Assembly (NCBI GenBank): GCA_000708835.1 | Contig: DF237149.1 | Span: 1-64,000, forward strand | Direction: 5' to 3' | Source: Klebsormidium nitens | Lineage: Eukaryota > Plantae > Klebsormidiophyceae | DNA length: 64,000 bases | Part shown: positions 50,401-60,744 of the stretch, piece by piece | How positions within the stretch are numbered: position 1 is the stretch's first letter | Layout: every line of letters begins with the position of its first letter | The notes under the pieces: model-generated | The model's database searches: none | What the model saw: the letters and a program-made list of their open reading frames with translations, nothing else | What the model was told of the DNA's origin: nothing | Program-made: the position numbers and the translations under genes

Positions 50401-53400
50401 CGGGTATCGTCTAACTCAGCTCGAGGCTGTCCGTCTACCGTTTTCGACAGTCTTTGCTTCCCGTTCTAGCGATTGCTGCGAGATCTACCCGTATGCCGTA
50501 ATGGGACTGAATTAGGGTTCAGCCGAGTCTGCTTTCTTTCCAAGATGGCTGAGAGCAGACTGTATGAGCATTATGCACGGACTTTTTGTATTAACAATCT
50601 TCAGCAAGCTGATATGTCGGCGCTGGATTGTTCACATCACAGGTTTGTTCGCTGGTAACCAGAAACGTCGAGCAGGGTTTAGGCAAAGTTAAGCAGCCTG
50701 ATAAGCTGTCAATCATGATTTGACCAGCCATGGTTAAGTTCCAACAGCCCCCGTGCATCTCAGCGACCGCCCGCTGGTGCGCTGCAACAAGCAATCTTTT
50801 GCCAATGACAAAAGCAACTGCCATGAGAGCGAACTTCCTCAGTGCCGGCTTGTTATAGCCTGAGGCCTGCCAGATCAACAAGGCCTGAGGGCGTGCTCTT
50901 TCTTTATGGACGTTGCAATGGCAATTTGTCGGAGCCATGATTGATGATTTTGAGACTCAGTGGACACGCTCCTTGTTTTGAAGAGTTTGAGATGCAATCC
51001 TCCAACGCCAGACTTGGACCTAGCGGTTCGCTGCTTAGCTGTGCTGTTGCTTTGGGAAGAGATACGCTTTGCCTCGCCCTCTAGAGGCTGCTAGCAATGT
51101 GGCAGTCCGGATACGTCAATAGTTAGGCCTTAGTCTTTCTTTTGCTTCTTTGAGTTAATACTTCAAATTGTAACCTCCGGTTGGCTAGGACGAGGCATGA
51201 GATTTCTCTGGGGGCTCGCTTTGAGCACACCATGGGTGTTCTTATTCAGGCCTGACGCCCGATCATCGGACTGCACAGAGTGCAAAATCAGGATACACTA
51301 TCAAAAACTGAACTCTGGCTCTGTCAATACATCATAACGTTCTGGTGGTGGCGGAGTTTGTGCACACCGACTCTTAAATCATTCGCCTTGCCTCTGTATA
51401 TTGGTAGCTGGTGCCCTTCTACTGGTTGAGGACATTCTCCTGGTTAATCTCAACCGTTGGTTCGGATTGGACAGATCAGTAGAGAACTTATCATTGGTGA
51501 ACCTTTGCTAAAAATGCTCAAGGAGCATTTTCACCAGTTCGAGCACAGTAATCCTTGTGGATTTCACCTGGATATCGACTTTGACTAACCGTCCCTTGGT
51601 CTGTCTCGCTTCGCTTGCCATAGGGGCAGAGCTTTACGATCTTTCTGCTATGTGGAGGCGCACCGTACCTTTCTTGTCAAACTTGTCTTTTCTTAACGAG
51701 GCTGTTCTTACTGCTTATGCGGATACCATGGGACTTGGACTGGAACATTTTGTGTCTGACGGAAGTACGTTATTGTTGCACGAGCGTGCTGTTTGAGGCT
51801 TTCAACTTCGGCTCAGCGGCAATGACGCAGACTTCGATCACTAAGGGTCTAGCAAAGTCGCCTCACACTCCGTCTAGGTCTGACGCCCGTTCAAAGCCCC
51901 AACTCCTGAGCCTATGCATCCGGACCCAAAGTCTCCCCCTCACTTCGATCCCCACTTTAAGGCGTCGAGAAAAATCTCAGCCATAAGCCGTAGAATAAGG
52001 ACCTCGTGTACGGGCGAGTCTGGCGCCTAAAGTACGTCCGTGTCATTGTCCCTCAAACCGCCCCGACATCGTAAGTTATACCCAGCCGTTCTGCACCTTA
52101 AAAATGGCTTATACACAGCCATTGTTTGGGTGCAGAACTGCCTCATCGTGTTCACCGGTGCATCCACTTCGAGCGGTTAACGTCTCGTAGGCGCATATTG
52201 AGGACTGCTGTGGTATTTTTGTTGCTGACCTCCGCTGCATAGAGTGACACTGTTTCTGATCTACGTAACTAGGGACTTTCCAGCTTAGCAGCGACTTTTC
52301 AGACAACGGTGTGCTCAACCAACTGCGTGCGTCGCTTTACGAGCTTACGTTTGTTCCGTGGAAGGCTGGAGCGCGTCAGTTTGTGCATTATTCTTCCTCT
52401 AATCTCGGGTGTTTCGAGTTTTGTTACAACAGTGTTGTCTGCCTTTTCTCTTTCGAGAAGGAGCTGGTTATGACAAGGGCCTGGGCTTTAGAAGCCCACA
52501 TCGTCCTTCTTGAGTTCTGAGGCCAGTCGACGAGCGCACCTTGATGGCGAGTGTGTTCCGCTTCTGATCCGTTTGCTCCGCCGGACTCCATATGGCGGCT
52601 CTTTGTTCACCCAAGTACTTTGACTGAGATGACTTTTTGACAACTGATTCTCCCGCCGTTTCTTCAGATCGAGCATTGTCGATAACATGGGTACATGTCT
52701 TTGCACGTTATGATGCTCAAGCAAATGATCTCGCTCCTTTTCCATCAGCGAAGGCGGCCTTGGTTTGGTGGCGGCTTCTTAGCACAACCGTGATCTTGAC
52801 CTTCGTGTAGTCCGCTTACTTTCATGCGGAATGAACGCGTCTTGCCAATGCAGAGATGATACGACTTTCATGCGGCGTCTATTCGTGCTTGTACTACTTT
52901 TCCTAGTAGCCCCTTTGACTCCGTCCCGAACAAGTCGAGTTTAGGGCGCAGCTGGCAATGAAATTCTGAAATGTTGAAACGTGCGAGAAGCACACCTCAA
53001 CTGTTGTCGGCGGAACCTTTGATGCCAGCCTCAGGTGCTGAAACTCATTAAGGATATGTGCTCACGCTTTCTGTCCCGGGGTTCAATCTCAAGAGCAGTC
53101 TGTGCCCATTACTTTTATAAGCATACGACTGATTTGGCAACTGACTACGAATTTGTGCTGCCACGTTGTAAAGACGATAAATTCCGACTTGGTCTCACGT
53201 GATGCCAAAAGGGCAAGTTGCGTTTGGGTTTTCCAAACAACGGTGGACCGTTTGCGGTTTCTGTGAGTGTCAGTGGGACCTTTTGATCATTGTCTGGTAG
53301 CAGGTTCCGGACTGCCCAGGTAATTGTGCCAACCATCAGTTGATCGGCGGCTAGCAGCGTCGCAATTGAACGGACACTCAGGCCAGGGATATTGGTTTTC

Positions 53401-56400
53401 ATGAAGGTCTACTTCGCTGTGAGCCTCGTAAGATGAGGTCTATATCCCATCTGGTTTTAACGTGAATGTGCATACGCATGTAAAGCTGCCTTCGGCTTGT
53501 CCTGATTGGGTATAATGCTTCTGTAGTTGTGTCGAGTGAAACTCACATTAATTGCTGCTTATGGATGCTGTGGCGATGAATGACATGCTTTTCCGCCTCT
53601 CTAGAAGTCCCTTGCACTCTAGCAGTCTGGATACTTCAAGGATCTGAGGACTTACGTGTTTCTTCCCTACTTCGACGATTGTTTTCGGATGGCAAGGTTA
53701 GGTTGGCAGTGACAAGGCCTGGTGCAGTGGGTGCTCGCTTTGAGCACACCATCCTTTTGATGTGTGGCCTGACGCCAGTCGTCTGATTGCACAGTGCGTT
53801 TTAAGGAGCGGCACATCCAAAAACAGAGCTTCAGTTCTGCTGAAACATCAGAACATTCTGTTGGTGGCGAGGCTTCTGCCGAGATTCCTTGCCTTGCCCA
53901 CGTTACGAAGAGCTGATGCAATTCTGCTGGTTGAGCTCTGCTTGGCTGTCTAAGTGGAAAGTCACTAGAGGACGGAAGCATGGGGGTCAACCCTTTTCAA
54001 GAGCCAGAAATCCCAAGGCGACCTTTATCGCTGATCTGGAGCGAGATGCAATATGTTTGCGAGGTTTTCGCTGCGAGAAAGCATGCTTCGCCTGCCCCGC
54101 TTCAATTGCTCTTTTTGGGAATGTCTGCTAGGTGGAGCGCACCGTAAGTTTTTCGCATCTTGAGTGAGGCTGTTCTGCAGCTTATGCTTCCGGCCACCGT
54201 CAACTTGGGATTCTGAAACCAGTTTTCTCCAGGAAGTACCGTACCTCTGCATGACTGCTGGTCAATTGGTCCTAAAGGGCCACGATGCGCTGAACGACAA
54301 TGAAGACCGCGATCATTGAGGGTTTGAACCTCACCGCTTCCGGTACATTGCCGGTCTCAGACTCTGACGCCCATATCAGAGCATACACAGTGCCCCAATT
54401 CAGGTTATGCGTTGCCCCCAACTTCGCTCTTCGTTTCATTGTTCTGACTTCTGGCAAACTTTGACAAGCCGTGAGGCGTACACGAAGTGTACAGGTCTTC
54501 TTCAAAGTATGCCTGATGTGTTGAGCGAGCGTCTGGCGCTCTAATCGCGTCGTTCGTTGCCCCTCAAAGCGCCCAATCTTTGTCAGTTCAACAGGACCAC
54601 TCTGCGAAAGTCACTCGCGTACCGAGTTCCGGCGGTCCTCTACTTCAAAGCGCGCTTAAAGTCCAACCGTATGGTGCTGACGTCTCCTGCTCAAAGGTCT
54701 CACAAATATGGCCCTAAAGATGTCGGAATAGCGAGCGGCTGTGTAAACGTAATGGTGCGCTCAGTCGATCACGCGCGCTGCTGTGTCAGCTTTGAGTTTT
54801 CTGCAGAGGGCTTCGCGCTTCTTTCATTGGTTATCTGCAAACGCTTGTGATTAGGACGTGGGTTTCACAAAGACCCGCGGCCAAGGGTGTGTCTCCAGCT
54901 CTCGTGATCAAATGAACGGTAGACATTTCTTCCCGTTCCTTCTGCGTTGGTTTCCTTAAACGGCTGGCGATGATTAAGGGCCGGGGCTTGGAAGCCCATA
55001 GATCCAAGGATTCGTCGATTCCAACGACGAGCAGCTTTTGGATGCAAGGTTGTTCCGCTTGTAACACGTTTTCAGCAGCCATTCATTGGCGGCTGGCAGC
55101 GTACGGGCATAATGTCGGTTTTCAGGACACTATTTTTGTGTCTCGACAGAAGAAGCGAGTTGATGAAAAGTGCCGTACTAATAAGCGTTTCAGTATGGGT
55201 TGGTTCACAGCTGTTTTACTGATGTCACAAGGTCTCAGATTAAACTTCTGCGATCCGTACCAGCCGAAGGCTGGCGATGACGAGAAGCTCCGCTTATAAG
55301 AGCATAAGGAGGGGGCTTCTATTTTTCTTTGAAGCCAGACTGACGTGCAACCGTTCATTTTGCCTTTTGAGGTGCGAGTTGCGTAGCCAACGCATTTGGA
55401 TGCGAAGATAAGGCTTGGAAATCTTGGTCAGCCTATTTAGAGAGCAGCCTGTCGTGAGTGGAGTGGAAAGTTCGAATAAGAATTGACTGCGGTCCTCGTA
55501 CCCCGACAGAATTACTGCGAGTAGTCCAGCCCGGTCTTGTTCTTCTGGGCTCTTGTAAGTTGCCGCGGTGGGGACTTTGTTTCCAGGATGAGAGCATTTC
55601 CGCGACTGGATTTCCGGAGCCAATTTGTCATTTGAAGACTGCGTTCACGGTTTCCTCCTTTGGCTCAAGGTTGGCAATGACAAAACGTAGGAGCTGTGCA
55701 CTCGTTCCGCGCACAAGCTTCCTCCAGTGGAAATGGCCTTGTACCGGTTAGAAAGCTCATATCAGAGCAACAAGCGACATCACTGCACAAGGAAGCCTGG
55801 GGAGACAATGAATAGCCGAGAGGTTTTAAAAAGAGCCTTGAACGGCGTATTTTACGTGTGGTAAAAGTCCTACATGCGATCTTCCGAAGCTTTCCGTTGT
55901 CTTTGCAAGTCTGTCAGCCTGGAGTTGGTAATGACGAATCGCTTGCGATTGAGAACCTGACCTTCTCAGACGTTAGGCTGTTCTTCCGAGCCAGCGGCAA
56001 CTGGTGGTTAGACGGTCCTTTCTCAATTCCAAGCTCCACGCGTTAAGGGCAAAACTCGATGCTCGCTGTCTGTGGAAAGAGTCAAAAAGTGGGGCAGCCA
56101 AGAGTCACGCGGGCTGTTGAAACCTGAAGAGAAATCTTGAAGTAGATACGTTAAGTGTCACTCTCGTCGTTCTGCAACTCCGTTGTTCTTGTGCGCGTGT
56201 TTTACCTCAGCGTTAGGCGAGGAAGAGCAATCCTGCCTTCTGGGCACCTTGAATTCCGTTTTTCTCTAATGCGAACCACTCATCAGTTGCCTACGTCGTC
56301 ATATTCCTTGGTATCTTTGACGTATGGTTGCGGCTCTTTTTGAATGGTACTTTGGGGTCGGGTTTGATAGAAAGCAAGGCTCCAAGTTCTGAACAAACAT

Positions 56401-59045
56401 TGTCACGACGAAGGCTTGGCATGCCGCGGCCGGCATGGTTAAGGTACTCCCATGCACGAATGACGTTCACTTGCCATGCTTCTTCTGAATTGCTAGTCTA
56501 GCGCCTTCAGCTTTGACTCCTTTCCTGAAGCGGCGCCCGCGTTCAGTCGGGAAGCTTTCAGGGTACGTTCAGGGCTGCTAAGACTGTTCTTCTCGTGATA
56601 GCTGTGAAGTAGCTTCACAGTAGTTTCAGGATAGCCGGTTGTCTGGAATTCACATGGAAGCAAACTGGATTGTGGCTGGTCATTGGGACACGTGGGCACA
56701 CGTGGGAGTGCCGTTTGAGCGCATCTCAACGAAATCTGCCTCCTCCCCGAAGCCAGACAGTTTCGTCTGGCGTACAACACGGTCAATGTCGCAGCGCTCA
56801 TTGTTAGATCTTTCGCAGAGTGTTCGAAGAAATTGCGAACTTGGTTTGTCTGGCTTGAAGGCAGTTGCAACTCCCGTTCGTAGTCCGTTGACGGCTCTTG
56901 CACGAACCCACAAGAGCGTAATGGCAGGTCCAGCACTTTACGGAGATCCTTTTGAAGGGTTCTAGGTTTGTCTCGTGTGAATCTGATTCGAGACTCGTTG
57001 CGAAGTTTCGACCAGAATCTCTTTGACCGCAGCTAGAAACAATGCAAGAGCTCTGCCGCACGCATTTCACCACGGACTCGTGCCTTGAGCTGTGAGCCGA
57101 AGCGTTCGTGCTTCGATCCCGCCCCTTGCAGTGACGCAACAGAGATGGGGGCACATTCTCAATCCGATGTCAGTGGATCTTGTTACCACCTCACTGAGTC
57201 GGGTATAAAAGAGGGAACGACCAGAAACTGCTGCTTCTTGTATGTCCTGGCACACTTTGGGTTTGTCCTTGTTTCGCAAGTAGACGTGCCTTAGGCGCCC
57301 TTTTTAGAAGCAGACCAGTACGAGAAGCTGACTTAGATTCCAGCCATTTCATCCGTGCATGGACCGTGCCTCGGTTTGATCATCCGTCCTCTTCGTCAAC
57401 TACGATTTTCATTGCAGCCCCAGTCAACCCCTAGGAGTGCGCTTGCAAACAAATTTCTCCCATCATTTTCCCGATCCGGTCTCTTCACTTCCGTTTCTCC
57501 AGCTCCGGTCGCCTGTTTTTCAGCTCTTCCAAAATGTGCACGACTACTCCGTTTCGAGGTCGTCCACTCGGACAAGCTGCAGAACAAACCAGAGATCGTG
57601 CGCGCGTTTCCAAAGGCGACCGTCACAGCGTTCCGTTTCCGCTCTCCGGTTCCATTTGCTTGTATTCAATCTTTCCGTTCTTCCCGTGCAGGATCCCGTA
57701 CGGTTACTCCGCAGTAGTGATCGCCCATCCCAACAGGCTGCAAAACAAGCCAGAAGACATGTGTGCACTTCTGAGGGCTACCGCAGAAAGCCTTCGTTCC
57801 CCACTCCGGTTTCCGTTTGCCTGTGTTGAATAGTTCCGCTCTTTCCGCGCAGGATTCCGTACGGCTACTCCCCCGTAGTGGTCGCCCACCCGGACACGCT
57901 GCAAAACAAGCCGGAAGTCGTGCGCGCATTTTTGAGGGCGACCGCGAAGGGCTTCGAGTACGCATACAAGAACGTGGAGCTGGCGGCGAGCATCCTAGAG
58001 GTGGGTTAGTGAAGTTGGTTTTGGCAGGAAATTAGTTTACGGAACTTTCAGCATGCTTCCAGTCGTGCGAGCCTTTCGGAGGCCGACCGCAAAGGGCTTC
58101 GAGTATGCGGCTAAGAACATGGAGCTGGCAGCCAGCATCCTAGAGGTGGGTTAGTGATTTCGTTTTAGTTGAAAACCTAAGGTTAAGGTGTCCTTGACAG
58201 ATGTATTCCGCAGGGTTTTGAATGTGCGGTCAAGAACGTAGAGTTGGCGGCTAGCATCCTGAAGGTGGGCTGCTTAAGCAGAGAACTAGTTGAGGAGTTC
58301 CTGTCGAGCAGTTGTTTGCGCGCGCTGTGTGCGTGTGGCTGCGTGCGGCTGAGGACGTCATTGTTGGAGGGCAGCTTGTACTGGAGATCAAGTGATTAGG
58401 AACTAGGTTGGAGGCAGCTTGAACAAGGGAGACGGCTTTGAAGGAGCGGACACGTGTCAATTATGATTTGGGGACAATATGTCGGGCCAAATACATGAGG
58501 GAGACGACCTATCTACACTGTTTGTCGGGCCTATACACAGTGTCTTTATTTGACGGAAGTAATCGATAAGCTGGATTCGCATTGAGTAGGTTGTCAGGGC
58601 TAGCCACTGAGGAAAGCAGAGGACAAAGAGGCGGGTTTGGGAATCACTGCAGGAACTTAGAAAGAATGTACGAGTCGGCAAAGTACAAATCTTAAACCAT
58701 TACTGACCGTTCCTTGTCTTTTGATTCCAGGACCTGTCCAAGAAGGAAGAGCCAGGTTTGGAGTCCCCCCTAGACCCGAGCCTCGTGCTCGCGTCCCAGC
58801 GGGTACTGTCCGAACACTACCTAAATGCGGACGGCCGATGGGGCATTCAATCGGATAAAGTGTGGGACACGTACCTTGATTGGCTCTCCGCTGAGGGCTT
58901 GCTGACGTCAGCCCGGCAGTCACGTGCCCCGGTCGAGGGAGTCAGCGCGTCGCTAGACGATCTGAGAGCGGGAAAGGTGGGGGAAAAGATCTCGAGGGAG
59001 AGTGTAAAGTCTGCCGAGCTGTTTACGAATGAGTACCTAGGTTAG
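47412..59045 (+). CDS. NMT1/THI5-like (ThiY-type substrate-binding fold) protein, 343 aa
   Basis: Exons 47412-47595, 48119-48226, 48863-48957, 49698-49879, 57853-58000 and 58731-59045, phase-consistent. Motifs [79 protein letters not shown]. Confidence 0.88.
50000..57350 (-). mobile_element. Probable decayed insertion filling the 8-kb intron 4 of the THI5-like gene; family unidentified
   Basis: Intron 49880-57852 is far longer than the other introns here. Several minus-strand ORF fragments share one frame, and there is an internal collinear duplication. No transposase motif or terminal repeats were recognised. Confidence 0.35.
57500..57945 (+). repeat. Acceptor-side echo array of THI5-like exon 5 (IPYGYSP...)
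   Basis: Exon-start equivalents at ~57532, 57692 and 57853 (functional); periods ~160 and 161 bp. Confidence 0.88.
57940..58270 (+). repeat. Donor-side echo array of THI5-like exon 5 (KGFEYAYKNVELAASILE|gtggg)
   Basis: Exon-end equivalents at 58000 (functional), 58145 and 58264. Confidence 0.88.
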
Positions 59046-60744
59046 GTGGAAAGGCTGCGCACTCATGCACGCAAGAAATTTTGTTCTTAAATGGTCGAGT
59101 CCGCTGTGTTTACATGAACCTTCCGCGTTGTTGCTTCGTGAGCGGAGCCCCGCTTTACAAATGAGATCGAACCAGTGAACCCCGCACAGCTCGCATAGAA
59201 TCTAGCGGTAGACGACAAAGTGCAGGAGAACCCTTCTGCAAGCGTGAGGCTCAAATTCTTGGAGTGCGATTTCAAAAATCATGTTACGTTCATTATCATG
59301 ATCAACCGCAACAAGGTCACAGGCTCCCCAACGTTACTACCTAACACACCGATGCCAGTGACGGGCCGGCCCAAGCTTTATGCATGTGCCACTGATATTT
59401 GCGTGGTCATTGCCTCGATTCCTTTTCTCATGGCTGGCGAGCTGCATGAAAGCGACATGGGCGGCGGAGCACATCATCCAGCCTGCCAGTGCCGGGCTAG
59501 TCACCGGCGTGATATGAATTGATTAGTTTTATACAAAGCGCGCGCATAGCATATGCGCACAGCTGCAATTTGCCAGCGTTCTTGAATTCGATCGCCCATG
59601 TGCACATGTAGGGAACTTGGCTGGCACGGAATTGCTCCTGTTCTAAATCAGGCGCGGGCTCTTGTGATCATTAATATACAAAGTTGCTACGAGACGTCGG
59701 ACTGCATCCGAGTCACACCGAGTCGAGCTCCCGCGCCTGGGCACCTCAGCATGGATATATCTGGTACCTTCACATCCACGTCGACGCCCGCTGATGTGAT
59801 TTCATCATTGCATATTGGCTCGAGTTGAACTGATGTTTAGGATTACTTAGCAGTCTCAGTGTCCGACAAAGCACTCATGCATAATCATCTTAGAGAATGG
59901 AGCTCAGTTTGAGGTAGGTGATGCAGGACAACTGCCGGCAAACTACTAATGCCAGCATATTGGTCCTTGATTTGTTTATCCACGTGATTGCCAGCTTGGC
60001 AGTAATTCAGCACTGCGTACATGTGTTAGTACAATCTGGAAACTCAATAAAGTCACTGCCCTAAATTGCTGAGGGCCATACTACTAACTCCATGTCACTT
60101 ATAAGCGCCATTTTAATTAAAATTCCGAGCTACCCGGGCAAACAAACTAAAAACCCTAATCGACCAAATCACCTGCTCCGCACTTGAATCCACCCTAACC
60201 ACCAAGCCAACCCTACCCGTCTCCCGGGCGCCTAGTCTAAGTGAAATGGCTCTAAAGTGAAATGGGAGTTACCAAAGTCTGAGGGAGGGCCGCGTACGTG
60301 ATTACCAGCACGTACCTTCAAAGGACTCATGCTCCACATGCCCTCAACATTTTCTTTTACCAATGTCTATAACTGTCACTATCACACCTAGGCTTTCAGA
60401 TAGCTTAGATCTATCTAAAAGATAGAGCGTGTCTTGTCCAGAGCTCTTCCGATAGAACCAATCAGTTAAGAGTACGTGTTAAATGGTCGGAGCTTCAGTG
60501 CTTAGGTAGAACATCGTATCATCTGGAACCCAATGAATTCTCAGTCACTTGTCGATTGCATATAAGCTCACGAATGGGTCTTCCAGTTTGAGCCCGACTG
60601 GACGAACCACGTACGATTTATGGCACAAAGAATAAGGTGGCGCCAATATTTGCGCCTGACTGAGTATCAAACAATATACGTTGCCGCACCCGCCAGCGTT
60701 TTTCTGCTAGTACGAGCTCGCACCAACAGGGGCTGGTTCCGCTC

